Of a DNA stretch of 64,000 nt, positions 1-10,332 are shown piece by piece. A program made the position numbers and the translations under genes. The stretch is from Dehalococcoidia bacterium. Lineage in GTDB: Bacteria > Chloroflexota > Dehalococcoidia > GIF9 > AB-539-J10. The first letter of the stretch is position 1; each line of letters begins with the position of its first letter. The notes under the pieces were generated by a model that searched no databases, was not told where the DNA came from, and worked only from the letters and a program-made list of their open reading frames with translations. The stretch is taken from NCBI GenBank assembly GCA_021162545.1, contig JAGGYM010000053.1:10272-74271 (forward strand). Reading direction: 5' to 3'.

Positions 1-2198
1 GTGAAGGCTCCGGCACAGGACCTTCTGTGGGAATCCCCAGAGCGCTGCTGGTTTATGATTTCGCCCCGCTTCTCATAGGGTTTCTTAATGCCCTGGGCGT
101 TAGATGCGTCCTTTCCCACCAGTCCAACAAGGAAATTATAGAGAAGGCCATTGAGTTGGGCTATAGCGATAGCTGCTTTCCCCTCAAGCTGCTCCACGGA
201 CATGCGGCGATGCTGAGCGATACTGATTATATTCTCTACCCCTCCGCAATTCGGATGGGTGAAAAGGATGGCGATGAGGACCAGAAGTATGCCTGTCCTC
301 TCGTTCAGGCTTCTCCCTACATAATACGCCAGACAGTTGACCTGGGAGAACGGTTGTTAATCCCCACGCTGGACTTCAGTCTGGGCAACGCCGATGTAAT
401 CAAGAACCTCACGGATGTTGCCCGCAAGATGGGATTCAGCAGAAGTAAAGGCAAAAAGGCAGCTCTGGCGGGCATTGAAGCTCAGAGCAAATTTGCCTCA
501 GGCCAGGCAGCCCTTGGGGAAGAGTTGCTGCAGCAGCTGCGTCAAAGCGGCCAGCTGGGCGTGGTTCTCTTTGCCAGGTCATATATGTCACAGGACGCGG
601 GAGCCAACCTGGGCATAGCTGAAAAACTCGCCCAGCTCGGGGTGGTGCCCATACCCCTTGACTTCCTGCCCCTCACCTCGGTCAATCCCAAGAAATATTC
701 GGACCGCCCCTACTGGTATTATGAGGGCAAATACCTGGCCGGAGCTGAGATAACCGCATCGGACCCACATCTCTACGGATTGTCGTTGACGAACTTTGGC
801 TGCGGCCCGAACTCCTTTATCCTCCCAGAGGTGGAAGATATCATGGGAGATAAGCCCATGGGACAACTGGAAATCGACGAGCATGCAGCCGAGGCCGGCA
901 TTGTCACCCGCCTTGAAGCATTTGTCGATACTATCCAGGGATTTGCCCGTTCCTCCGGCCAGCACAAAGTCCAGCAGCGCAAGAATATTCGCAGAGAGGT
1001 ACCACTGCTCGAGAACTCGAAAAAGACCTTCCTCATACCTAATATGTCGGTGCATGCCGAGGTCATAGGTAGAGCCATGGAAGCCTATGGAGTCAAGACA
1101 ATCGTGCTCCCGGAGGATGATGAGCGCAATCTTCTCTACGCGGATAGGGTAACTACAGGTATGGAATGTCTGCCCTATCGCGTAACCCTGGGGGGATTCC
1201 TGAGGTTCTACTACGATAACGGAAATAGCGTGAAGAATGTGGAAGGCTTTATGGCCGGGGCATACGGCCCGTGCAGGTTTGGAAAGTATGCAGGAGAGCA
1301 GGTCAAGGCGCTCAGAGAACTTGGAATTGACCTTCCCTTGCGAACTACCATCTCCAATAATGGCTACAGCGACATGAACGTGGGCACTGACTTCATGCGC
1401 TTTGCCTGGAAGTGCTGCGTTGCCGCAGACTACCTGGAGAGGTTGCTCTGGCGAGCGCGCCCTTATGAAAAACAGGCGGGCGCAGCTGACGCGCTGTTCG
1501 CTGAATACAGCGACAGAATTGCCCATCACATTCCCCGCAAGGAGAAATTTGACAAGCTTCTGCACCAGGCAACCGCCGACTTCAAGGCCATTATAGACCC
1601 CGAAATCCCGAGAAGGCCGCTCGTTGGCATCAATGGAGAGTTCTTCCTGCGCTCCAACAAGTTCAGTAATAGCAACCTGGTGACGGTTTGTGAAAATGCA
1701 GGGCTGGAGATTACCGTCTCCCCCGTGGGAGAGTGGCTGAAGTATATCTCCCACAGATATGTTGAAGATGCCGTCAGAGACAGGAATTTCAAGAAGATGG
1801 TGCGTGGTTATATAAGAGAACGGATACAGTATCGCGATGAACACGCGGTAGCGCGGTGTTTCAGTGACCTCATTGACGAGGAAGAACCGCCAACAGGGCA
1901 TATACTGTCACTGACAGAACAATGGCTTTCTCCAAAATGCGGCAGCGAGGCGGTTCTCAGCATAGGGGCTGGAGTCGATTGCATGGAGAACCCCAAATTT
2001 GCCGGCACAATATCCGTCATGCCCCATGGATGCATGCCCGGGGGCATCGTGGCTGCGATGTCGGAAAAACTCAGTGCGCTGTATCAGAAGCCCTGGATCA
2101 ACCTTAGCTATGATGGCTTCATAGAGAGCAACAACCTCGAGAGAGTCAACAATTTCGCCGAGATAATCAGATTTTCCAGTAAGGCACAGGAAAAATGA
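1..2198 (+). CDS. CoA-substrate-specific enzyme activase-associated / 2-hydroxyacyl-CoA dehydratase D-component-like protein, 5'-truncated by the window edge (reading frame is open to base 3)
   Basis: Long ORF open at the window start. Composition and motifs (VGINGEFFLRSNKF..., Cys-rich C-terminus) resemble the HGD-D/activase-associated domain. The family assignment is from memory, not a search. Confidence 0.45.
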   Translation, partial: EGSGTGPSVGIPRALLVYDFAPLLIGFLNALGVRCVLSHQSNKEIIEKAIELGYSDSCFPLKLLHGHAAMLSDTDYILYPSAIRMGEKDGDEDQKYACPLVQASPYIIRQTVDLGERLLIPTLDFSLGNADVIKNLTDVARKMGFSRSKGKKAALAGIEAQSKFASGQAALGEELLQQLRQSGQLGVVLFARSYMSQDAGANLGIAEKLAQLGVVPIPLDFLPLTSVNPKKYSDRPYWYYEGKYLAGAEITASDPHLYGLSLTNFGCGPNSFILPEVEDIMGDKPMGQLEIDEHAAEAGIVTRLEAFVDTIQGFARSSGQHKVQQRKNIRREVPLLENSKKTFLIPNMSVHAEVIGRAMEAYGVKTIVLPEDDERNLLYADRVTTGMECLPYRVTLGGFLRFYYDNGNSVKNVEGFMAGAYGPCRFGKYAGEQVKALRELGIDLPLRTTISNNGYSDMNVGTDFMRFAWKCCVAADYLERLLWRARPYEKQAGAADALFAEYSDRIAHHIPRKEKFDKLLHQATADFKAIIDPEIPRRPLVGINGEFFLRSNKFSNSNLVTVCENAGLEITVSPVGEWLKYISHRYVEDAVRDRNFKKMVRGYIRERIQYRDEHAVARCFSDLIDEEEPPTGHILSLTEQWLSPKCGSEAVLSIGAGVDCMENPKFAGTISVMPHGCMPGGIVAAMSEKLSALYQKPWINLSYDGFIESNNLERVNNFAEIIRFSSKAQEK

Positions 2199-2475
2199 GG
2201 CCGGAAAAGCTTCACTCTGCCTACTTGAGCAGCAAAAGTGCAGTGGCGTTAGCATTTCCCCATCACATAGAATCATCTCGATAGTAAAACGCGACCCGGA
2301 AGATGCAGGGCGAACGGTGAAAAATCCGGCAGATAACAATTGTGAACGGCGTGCCCGTTACTGAAGCCGCGGTAATTTCACTGTTCCATGGTGGCCTGAG
2401 AAATGCCAGTGGTGCTACAATATCCATACCGTCGATGTTGATTTTTGAAGAGACAGGGAGGATTATAGACTAAAG

Positions 2476-2919
2476 ATGAAAGTTATTTTTACTGAGGACG
2501 TGCCTAGTGGGGGAAGGGTGGGGGAGATGAAGGAAGTAAGCAGGGGATATGCCAAGAACTACCTGCTGCCTCAAGGTCTGGCCGTGGTGGCAACACAGGG
2601 AATGGAGAAACGGGTAAAACTGGAGATAGAGGGCAAGCAACACAGGAAATCCGCTGAACATGCCAGGTTTGCGGAAATGGCAGCCCGGCTTGAGGGGACT
2701 GAAGTGCACATCCATGCCAGGGTTGGTGCTGATGAACGCCTCTTTGGCTCCGTTACTGCCGCTGACATAGCGGAAGAGCTAAGCAAATTGATGGAATGCA
2801 CCATCGATAAGAAAAACATAGAGCTGGAAAAGCCCCTGCGGCAGACGGGCAGTTATCCTGTGGTTATCCGCTTTTCGGGGGAGCTCAGACCAAAAGTTAC
2901 TGTAATCGTTGAACAGTAG
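2476..2919 (+). CDS. rplI: 50S ribosomal protein L9
   Basis: 147 aa. The N-terminus MKVIFTEDV..G..GE...V..GYAKNYLLPQGLAV is the L9 signature. It lies immediately upstream of dnaB, the conserved rplI-dnaB order. Confidence 0.9.
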   Translation: MKVIFTEDVPSGGRVGEMKEVSRGYAKNYLLPQGLAVVATQGMEKRVKLEIEGKQHRKSAEHARFAEMAARLEGTEVHIHARVGADERLFGSVTAADIAEELSKLMECTIDKKNIELEKPLRQTGSYPVVIRFSGELRPKVTVIVEQ

Positions 2920-2936
2920 CTGTCGGTCGTTGTGAT

Positions 2937-4313
2937 GTGGCTATGGCAGAGGAAAAATTACCCCCCCATAATGTTGAAGCTGAGGAAGCAGTAGTCGGTT
3001 CACTGCTGATCGATCCCGATGCTATCGTGAAGATCGTTAGTTTCCTCAACCCCGAAGACTTCTGGGAGGAAACGCACCACTTGATATACCGGGCCTGCCT
3101 TTCTCTCTATCAGCGCGAGGAGGCCATAAATCAGGTTACCGCAGCTAACGAGCTAGCTCGCATCGGCAGGTTGGACCAGATTGGAGGTACTGCCTACCTG
3201 AGCTATCTAATATCCATCGTGCCCACGTCACTGCATGTAGAATACTATGCACAAATCGTATCCAACATGGCGATGATGCGAAGATTGATCGCCGCCTCAG
3301 GGCAGATTGCAGCTATCGGCTATGCGGCCGACCCCGATGTCGATGACAGCCTCAACAGAGCTGAAGACATCCTCTTTCAGCTGCGCATGAAACAGGGCTC
3401 CCGTGACTTCGTTTCAATACACGACATCCTGAGGGGATACTTCGACGAAAAGTCCCAGGAGGACCAGACACAGGAAAAGGAAATAATTCACACTCTAATG
3501 GGATTTGGTGGTCTGGATGAAATACTGAATGGGCTGCAGCGGTCTGATTTAGTTGTTCTCGCAGCCCGGCCCAGCCTGGGCAAAACAAGCATGGCCCTGA
3601 ATATTGCCCGAAACGCTGCCCTCAATCAAGGCGCTCACGTCGCTATTTTTAGTCTGGAGATGTCTCGGGAGTCGGTAGTGGAACGCATACTGTCCTGTGA
3701 ATCGGGTGTAGATTCTACTCATATTCGTTTCCGGAGGTTCTTCGGTCAGGAGGAGGCCAGAGTTTTTCAAGCCGGTGGGGCACTGGCCGAGTTGCCGATA
3801 TATATCGATGACTCTCCAATGGTGCGCATCATAGATATCAGGAGTAAAGCACAGCGACTCCGTTCAGAAAAGGGAATTGACCTCATCATCATAGATTATT
3901 TGCAGCTATTACAGGGAGATAGCAAGAGGGAAAATCGAGTTCAGGAAATCAGCAATATAACGCGCTCGTTGAAGCTGCTGGCCAGGGAATTGAACGTTCC
4001 CGTGCTGGTTGTTTCTCAGCTTAGCCGCGCAGTGGAGAAACGGGATTCTCATGTACCTCAACTCTCCGACTTGAGGGAAAGCGGCAGCATTGAACAGGAC
4101 GCCGATATAGTCATCTTTATCTACAGAGATGAAATATACTATACCGAAGAAGAATGGAACAGGATGCATGATATCGAGCGGGAACCATATCCCCGGGGGC
4201 TGGCTGATATCATCGTGGCGAAGCACCGTAACGGCCCCATAGGGCAGGTTAAGTTGCGCTTTGTCAGCAAAACCGCCCGCTTCAGCAATCTGGAGCAGAA
4301 GGCAAAAGTATGA
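2937..4313 (+). CDS. dnaB: replicative DNA helicase DnaB
   Basis: 458 aa with a DnaB N-terminal domain (NVEAEEAVVGSLLIDPDAI), Walker A (ARPSLGKTS) and the RecA-like C-terminal domain. Confidence 0.92.
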   Translation: MAMAEEKLPPHNVEAEEAVVGSLLIDPDAIVKIVSFLNPEDFWEETHHLIYRACLSLYQREEAINQVTAANELARIGRLDQIGGTAYLSYLISIVPTSLHVEYYAQIVSNMAMMRRLIAASGQIAAIGYAADPDVDDSLNRAEDILFQLRMKQGSRDFVSIHDILRGYFDEKSQEDQTQEKEIIHTLMGFGGLDEILNGLQRSDLVVLAARPSLGKTSMALNIARNAALNQGAHVAIFSLEMSRESVVERILSCESGVDSTHIRFRRFFGQEEARVFQAGGALAELPIYIDDSPMVRIIDIRSKAQRLRSEKGIDLIIIDYLQLLQGDSKRENRVQEISNITRSLKLLARELNVPVLVVSQLSRAVEKRDSHVPQLSDLRESGSIEQDADIVIFIYRDEIYYTEEEWNRMHDIEREPYPRGLADIIVAKHRNGPIGQVKLRFVSKTARFSNLEQKAKV

Positions 4314-4864
4314 TAGATATCTTTTCAACTCACATAGTGCCCAGGACCCAGGATATCAATGAGCTCAAGGCAATGCTGTATATCCTCTACCTGCTTGATA
4401 AAAAGAACGGGACCGCCTCTTCCATTAGATATGAAGAACTGTCATCCTGCATTGCCGGGATGACAGGAATGAGCGAGGAAGAGCTTCACCGTTCCCTGGA
4501 GATGGCAGTTGACCATGGCATTGTAAAGAGGATTAAAGTGGAATCAGGGGAAGCTTTCGCGCCCGTCCCTCCCCTTAATCCCAGGGGGAACATCTTCAAT
4601 CTCTATGAGCAAAATATAGGCATGCTCACGCCCATGGTCGCCGAGGAACTTAAGGAAGCTGAAAAGAGGTATCCTGAGTCATGGATTGCCCAGGCTTTCA
4701 AGGAGTCAGTCGCACTGAACAAGCGCAGCTGGAGATATATTTCCCGTATCCTGGAGCGCTGGGCCAGCGAAGGTAAGGAGAATGGAACCCATAGAAAAGA
4801 TTCTAAAGAGAATGGCCCTGACAAATATGTCAGGGGGAAATATGGACACCTCATCAGAAGATAG
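4310..4864 (+). CDS. DnaD-domain replication initiation/primosomal protein (DnaD/DnaB-Bsu C-terminal DDBH2-like)
   Basis: 184 aa. Contains the YxxxIxxxW motif (SWRYISRILERW) typical of the DnaD-like domain. Its ATGA start overlaps the dnaB stop. Confidence 0.5.
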   Translation: MIDIFSTHIVPRTQDINELKAMLYILYLLDKKNGTASSIRYEELSSCIAGMTGMSEEELHRSLEMAVDHGIVKRIKVESGEAFAPVPPLNPRGNIFNLYEQNIGMLTPMVAEELKEAEKRYPESWIAQAFKESVALNKRSWRYISRILERWASEGKENGTHRKDSKENGPDKYVRGKYGHLIRR

Positions 4865-6185
4865 TTCTCAATTCAACTCACTGCACCCGAACGGGACGGA
4901 GGACGAGGCTGATGAATGTCCTATCTGCAAGGGCGCCGGTTTTGTTCATCCTCTTCTAGATTCAGGAGAAACAGATTTCAGCCGGGTGCTGCCCTGCCAG
5001 TGCCAGCAACCTCACCTGCAGCAGGAGAAGCTGCACTACCTGGAAAGGTACAGCAATCTCGGTGCATTGAGCCGTTTTACCTTTGCTACTTTGTCTCCCG
5101 GGGGAAAGGGGGAGACCACTTCCCGGGAAAACTTCTCTCGAATATGCCAGGATGCCATGTCGTTTGCCTCGGAGCCTCAGGGGTGGATATTTCTTGCAGG
5201 GCCTGCAGGCTGCGGCAAGACACATATAGCCTGTGCCATCGCCAACTATCGCCTGGAGATGGGACATCCTGTATTCTATATCGGCGTTTCTGAACTCCTG
5301 GACCACCTTCGCTCTGCTTTCAGTCCTTCCTCAGAATTGAGTTACGACGAGCTATTCGAGCGGATAAGAAATGCGCCGTTGCTGGTTCTCGATGACCTCG
5401 GCGTAGAAAGCACTACCCCCTGGGCACGAGAAAAGCTGGAGCAACTTTTCAATTACCGTTTCAACTCCAACCTGCCCACTGTGATTACCAGCGATGTGCC
5501 TCCGGAGAACCAGGATGAACGCCTGCGCAAGTACCTGAGTGACAATGATTTTTGCCAGACATATACAATTCTCCCCACAGCAGAAGCAAAGCTGGAACAG
5601 TCCCCCCTGCAACTGGAAATGCTTAAGAAGATGACCTTCGATAATTTTGACCTCAAACGCATGAACCTCTCTTCGGAGCAGCGCCAAAATCTGAAGGCAG
5701 CATTCCAACTCGCCGAAGAATTCGCTTCCCATCCGGAAGGGTGGCTGATATTTCAGGGTCTAAATGGTTGCGGCAAAACTCACCTGGCTGCCTCAATCGC
5801 CAATTATCAACTGGCCCAGGGAAACCCCGTCTTCTTCATCCAGGTACCCGACCTCCTCGACCACCTGCGCTCGACCTTTGGCGCCGAAAGCAGGATATCT
5901 TACGATAAGTTCTTCGAAAAAATTAAGACGGCGCCCCTCCTGATACTAGATGACTTTGGACAACAATCAGTCACTCCATGGGCACAGGAAAAACTGTACC
6001 AGTTAATCAACTACCGCTATAACGCCATGCTGCCCACCGTGGTTACCATGTGTGCCTCTCTGGATGAAATCGAAGTGCGGTGCAGTTCAAGGATGGTGGA
6101 CCCCAGGTTGAGCCTGGTGTTCAATATCACGGCTCCCGATTACCGGGGTGATACTAAACCAGTCCGCAAGGCCAGGCAACCCTGA
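4782..6185 (+). CDS. helicase-loader-like ATPase with TANDEM DnaC/DnaI-type AAA+ domains and an N-terminal zinc-ribbon; the start is uncertain, with alternative Met codons at 4812/4827/4842
   Basis: Two complete AAA+ modules. Module 1 has Walker A GPAGCGKTH and Walker B LLVLDDLG. Module 2 has GLNGCGKTH and LLILDDFG. About 120 aa of the two modules align with each other (…ANY.L..G.PVF.I.V..LLDHLRS.F…LL.LDD.G.…TPWA.EKL.QL.NYR.N..LPTV.T). The N-terminal CPICKGAGF…CQC zinc-ribbon resembles the DnaI N-terminal domain. Confidence 0.65.
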   Translation: MEPIEKILKRMALTNMSGGNMDTSSEDSSQFNSLHPNGTEDEADECPICKGAGFVHPLLDSGETDFSRVLPCQCQQPHLQQEKLHYLERYSNLGALSRFTFATLSPGGKGETTSRENFSRICQDAMSFASEPQGWIFLAGPAGCGKTHIACAIANYRLEMGHPVFYIGVSELLDHLRSAFSPSSELSYDELFERIRNAPLLVLDDLGVESTTPWAREKLEQLFNYRFNSNLPTVITSDVPPENQDERLRKYLSDNDFCQTYTILPTAEAKLEQSPLQLEMLKKMTFDNFDLKRMNLSSEQRQNLKAAFQLAEEFASHPEGWLIFQGLNGCGKTHLAASIANYQLAQGNPVFFIQVPDLLDHLRSTFGAESRISYDKFFEKIKTAPLLILDDFGQQSVTPWAQEKLYQLINYRYNAMLPTVVTMCASLDEIEVRCSSRMVDPRLSLVFNITAPDYRGDTKPVRKARQP

Positions 6186-6215
6186 CAGGGCTGTAGATAT
6201 AAGCCGGCTGTGTAA

Positions 6216-8909
6216 ATGGAACTGAAAGAAAGAACTTCTCTCCTGCTTTTTGACGGCAATGCGCTGATACATCGCGCTTTCCATGCCCTGCCTCCCATGA
6301 CGGTGCCCAGGACAGGAGAGATGGTAAATGCCGTTTACGGATTCACCAGCACCTTGCTTAAAGCGCTGCGAGAACTGGAAGCTACTTACTGTGCAGCCGC
6401 CTTCGATTACCCCGCACCGACATTCAGGAAAAAGAAATTTGAAGAATATAAGGCCCAGCGTCCCAGGACACCACCCGAACTGATAAGTCAGATAATCCTC
6501 TCTCACCAAATAGCAGCGGCATTCCGTATCCCTGTCTTTGAGATGAATGGATTTGAGGCAGATGATATCCTGGGAACTTTAAGCCGGCAGGCCAGAGCTC
6601 AGGGCGTCGAAACCATCATCGTTACCGGCGACAACGATATGCTCCAGCTCGTATCGCCCGAGGTGAAAGTCTATACTCCCGGGCGGAAATTCGATGATGC
6701 CGTTCTCTATGACAGCGAAGGGGTAAAGCGAAAATGGGGAGTTGGGCCGGAAGCCATTCCCGACCTCAAAGCCCTGACAGGCGATGCTTCCGATAACATA
6801 CCGGGCGTTTCCGGTATAGGCCAGAAGACTGCTGCCAGGCTGTTGCAGCAATTTGGCACCGTGGAGGAAGTCTATGCTCGTATCGAGGAAATTACGCCAC
6901 AGAGGTTACAGGCAACCTTGCTTCAGTATAAGGAACAGGTATCGCTGGGCAAAGAGCTAACCACCATTGTCAGGAATGTCCCCATCAGCCTGGATCTGGA
7001 GGAGTGCAGGGTAAGCGATTACGACCATGCAGGAGTGTTGAAGCTGTTTCAGAAGCTGGAGTTTACCAGGCTGCTCTCCAGGTTGCCCCAGAGTTCAGAT
7101 GAACTGGAGCCACATCGCTCTTCGCTCCCCATTTCTCCCGGTGAGAAAAATGCGGTGGAAGACGAGATGGCATTACAAAAGGCCCTGGCCTCGATAAATG
7201 CGGCCAAGGAATTCGTCATCGATGTAGAGCTTACAGATGGAGATGTGCGGGGACTAACGCTATCACCCATCAGGGGCAAATCGTTTTATATCCCGCTGGA
7301 ACTCGACAAATTTTCCTTCCACCGGATTTCCCTCCCCGAAGTGGCGGCTGGGCTCAAACCAGCACTGGAGGATTCCCTCAAGAGCAAAATCTCTTGCGAC
7401 GCCAAGCAATTACTGTCTTTACTGACAGGGCAGGGAATAGAGCTAAAAAACCTGTGCTTTGATGTAACGGTTGCGGCACACCTCCTCGGGGAGAAGAAGC
7501 TAAGCCTTGATGCGCTTGCCTTCAATAAGCTCGGACTTGAGCTGAAGCCCCGGGGCAAGCCAAAGGGAAAAAGCCGACAGCAGAAGGACTCTCTTTCTGT
7601 GGACGAAGCCGCTGAATATGCCGCTGCCGGTGCCAGTGTCGTCTGGGATTTGAAAAGCAAACTGGAGCAGGAAGTGCACCAGCAGGGGCTGGAAAAAGTT
7701 TTCTATGAAATGGAGCTGCCCCTCATTCAAATACTGGTGGATATGGAGAGAAAGGGGGTTGCTCTGGATATCCATTTGCTCCGTGAACTGTCCCTCAGTT
7801 TGCAGAGCGAGATAACGGGGCTGGAGGCCATGATATATAACAGCGTCGGCCACCGCTTCAATATAAATTCACCACGGCAACTGGGAGAGGTTCTTTTCCA
7901 GGACTTGAAGCTACCTTCAGGGCACAAGACGAAGACCGGTTATTCTACGGAGGCTCGCATACTGGAGTCGCTGAGAGACGTTCATCCTGCCGTCAACTTC
8001 GTATTGCAATACCGCCAGTTGAGCAAGCTAAAATCAACCTATGTCGATGCTCTGCCCACACTTGCCGATAAGATGACGGGAAGAGTGCACACTACTCTCA
8101 GCCAGGTGGGTACAGCCACGGGAAGAATTTCTTCCAGCGAGCCGAATCTGCAGAATATTCCCATCAGGACCGAACAGGGAAACAAAATAAGGCAGGCCTT
8201 TATAGCCTCTCCTGGCAATGTCTTGCTCAGCGCCGACTATTCTCAGATAGACCTGAGAGTCCTGGCGCATCTTTCCCAGGATGAAGGACTCATTGCTGCT
8301 TTTGTCAACGATGAAGATATCCATACGACCACGGCCTCGCGCCTCTTTAACGTTACTGCCGGGCAGGTGACACCGGAGATGCGGCGCAATGCCAAGACGG
8401 TTAATTTCGGCGTTATCTACGGCATGAGCGATTATGGACTCGAGCAGGCCACCAGTTTCACCCGGTCAGAGGCATCTCAATTCATCTCCCTTTATTTCGA
8501 GAGGTATCCCCGGGTAAAGGAGTATCTGGAGAAAATCAAAAAACAGGCCAGGAAACTGGGCTACGTGCAGACGCTGGAAGGAAGACGCCGTTTCCTGCCC
8601 GAGATCAACTCTCCCAACAGGCTGGTAAGAGAAGCTGCAGAGAGGATGGCGATAAATGCTCCGGTACAGGGCACTTCAGCCGATATAATCAAGATTGCCA
8701 TGATCAATCTTCACATGGAAATGAAAAGGAGAGAACTCAGGAGCAAGATGCTCCTGCAAATTCATGACGAGCTGCTCTTCGAAATCCCTCGAGAGGAGAT
8801 TGAAACCATACGTTCTCTAGTCCAGGAGATAATGCCTGGAGCAGTGAAGCTCTGTGTGCCTCTCAAGATATCCCTCAAGCTGGGTAAAAACTGGGGAGAG
8901 ATGTCATAG
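6216..8909 (+). CDS. polA: DNA polymerase I
   Basis: 897 aa with a 5'-3' exonuclease N-terminus (LLLFDGNALIHRAFHAL), a central 3'-5' exo-like domain and a family A polymerase C-terminus (RRNAKTVNFGVIYG, LLQIHDELLFE). Confidence 0.92.
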   Translation: MELKERTSLLLFDGNALIHRAFHALPPMTVPRTGEMVNAVYGFTSTLLKALRELEATYCAAAFDYPAPTFRKKKFEEYKAQRPRTPPELISQIILSHQIAAAFRIPVFEMNGFEADDILGTLSRQARAQGVETIIVTGDNDMLQLVSPEVKVYTPGRKFDDAVLYDSEGVKRKWGVGPEAIPDLKALTGDASDNIPGVSGIGQKTAARLLQQFGTVEEVYARIEEITPQRLQATLLQYKEQVSLGKELTTIVRNVPISLDLEECRVSDYDHAGVLKLFQKLEFTRLLSRLPQSSDELEPHRSSLPISPGEKNAVEDEMALQKALASINAAKEFVIDVELTDGDVRGLTLSPIRGKSFYIPLELDKFSFHRISLPEVAAGLKPALEDSLKSKISCDAKQLLSLLTGQGIELKNLCFDVTVAAHLLGEKKLSLDALAFNKLGLELKPRGKPKGKSRQQKDSLSVDEAAEYAAAGASVVWDLKSKLEQEVHQQGLEKVFYEMELPLIQILVDMERKGVALDIHLLRELSLSLQSEITGLEAMIYNSVGHRFNINSPRQLGEVLFQDLKLPSGHKTKTGYSTEARILESLRDVHPAVNFVLQYRQLSKLKSTYVDALPTLADKMTGRVHTTLSQVGTATGRISSSEPNLQNIPIRTEQGNKIRQAFIASPGNVLLSADYSQIDLRVLAHLSQDEGLIAAFVNDEDIHTTTASRLFNVTAGQVTPEMRRNAKTVNFGVIYGMSDYGLEQATSFTRSEASQFISLYFERYPRVKEYLEKIKKQARKLGYVQTLEGRRRFLPEINSPNRLVREAAERMAINAPVQGTSADIIKIAMINLHMEMKRRELRSKMLLQIHDELLFEIPREEIETIRSLVQEIMPGAVKLCVPLKISLKLGKNWGEMS

Positions 8910-8912
8910 AAC

Positions 8913-10319
8913 CTATCCACTGAGATAGGCATGGATATCGTTCGCAGCTCTTCTGGCAGCCCCCATGGCACTGATAACTGTGGCCGACCCGGTAGCCATG
9001 TCTCCTCCACACCATACCCTGTCTTTACTGGTTCTTCCCGTGGCCTCATCGGTTTTGACCGTGCCCCACCTGGTTAGCTCCAGCCCTTCAGTGGTTGAGG
9101 GAATAATCGGATTGGGTTTTGTCCCCAGAGCAGGTATGGCTATATCTATGTCCATGGTGAATTCAGTTCCCGGTTTGGGGATGGGGCGGCGCCGCCCGCT
9201 TTCGTCGGGTTCTCCCAGCTCCATCTCGTATAATTCCACGCCAGTGACTCTGCCCTGCTCATTGCCAATGAACCTCCTGGGATTAGCCAGGAGCTTGAAA
9301 ATCACTCCTTCCTCTTTGGCGTTCTCCCGCTCCTCAGCTCTTGCGGGCATTTCCACTTCTGAGCGGCGGTACACGATATAAACCTCTTTGGCCCCGAGCC
9401 TCAGAGCGCATCGTGAAGCGTCCATGGCTACGTTGCCACCGCCGAAGACTGCTACCCTCTGGCCGACCTGTATCGGCGTGTCATATTGAGGGAAGAGATA
9501 GGCCTTCATCAGATTGGTCCGGGTAAGAAATTCATTGGCGGAATACACGCCGCTGAGATTCTCACCGGGGATATTCAGGAACATCGGGGCCCCGGCTCCC
9601 GGCGCCAGGAAAACAGCATCACAGCCATTTTGCAGAAGTTCATCTACAGTTGCTATTTTGCCTATTACGTTGTCGAGTTTAATTTCCACGCCCAGCGATG
9701 CCACATAGTTAACTTCGCGCTGCACTATTCCTTTTGGCAATCTGAACTCCGGGATACCGTAGGTCAGAACGCCTCCGGTCACATGGAGCGCTTCCAGGAT
9801 GGTGACTTTATACCCCAGCTTGGCCAGGTCGGCAGCGCAGGTTAACCCTGCCGGTCCCGAGCCAACCACAGCTACCTTTTTGCCGTTGGACTTTATACTT
9901 TCCTTTTTCTGCGCTACAACCCCGGGATGAGACTGTTCCCAGCTAGCTACATAGCGCTCCAGGCGGCCTATGGCGATGGGCGCTCCTTTCTTGGCCAAAA
10001 GACAGGTCATCTCACACTGGGTCTCCTGAGGGCAAACCCTACCGCAAATGCCGGGCAGGCTGTTCTTGTCCTTGAGTATTCGCACTGCTTCGGGCAAGTC
10101 ATCTTTGGCTATCGCTTTTATGAATCCCGGGATATCAATGCCGACGGGACAGCCATCCATGCACCTGGGCTTCTTACACTGTATGCACCTGCCCGCTTCT
10201 TCGCGAGCCTGCTCCTGGGTGTACCCCAAAGCCACTTCGCTAAAATTTTTCACCCTCGCTTCGGGCGTTTGCTTCGGCATGGACGCCCTGTTTAGGTTTA
10301 TCTTCTGTTTCTCAGGCAT
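8913..10319 (-). CDS. nfnB: NADPH-dependent glutamate synthase beta-subunit-like FAD/NAD(P) oxidoreductase (NfnB/SudA-like)
   Basis: 468 aa. It has an N-terminal 2x[4Fe-4S] region (CIQCKKPRCMDGCPV…CGRVCPQETQCE) followed by a GltD-type pyridine-nucleotide-disulfide oxidoreductase domain (KVAVVGSGPAGL). Confidence 0.75.
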   Translation of the reverse strand: MPEKQKINLNRASMPKQTPEARVKNFSEVALGYTQEQAREEAGRCIQCKKPRCMDGCPVGIDIPGFIKAIAKDDLPEAVRILKDKNSLPGICGRVCPQETQCEMTCLLAKKGAPIAIGRLERYVASWEQSHPGVVAQKKESIKSNGKKVAVVGSGPAGLTCAADLAKLGYKVTILEALHVTGGVLTYGIPEFRLPKGIVQREVNYVASLGVEIKLDNVIGKIATVDELLQNGCDAVFLAPGAGAPMFLNIPGENLSGVYSANEFLTRTNLMKAYLFPQYDTPIQVGQRVAVFGGGNVAMDASRCALRLGAKEVYIVYRRSEVEMPARAEERENAKEEGVIFKLLANPRRFIGNEQGRVTGVELYEMELGEPDESGRRRPIPKPGTEFTMDIDIAIPALGTKPNPIIPSTTEGLELTRWGTVKTDEATGRTSKDRVWCGGDMATGSATVISAMGAARRAANDIHAYLSG

Positions 10320-10332
10320 GATTTTATCTCCT

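Noticed and set aside
588-1901. 437-aa minus-strand ORF overlapping the activase-like gene
   Set aside because: It is entirely antisense to a much longer ORF with recognisable domain composition. Long antisense ORFs of this kind are typical artefacts in GC-rich coding regions.
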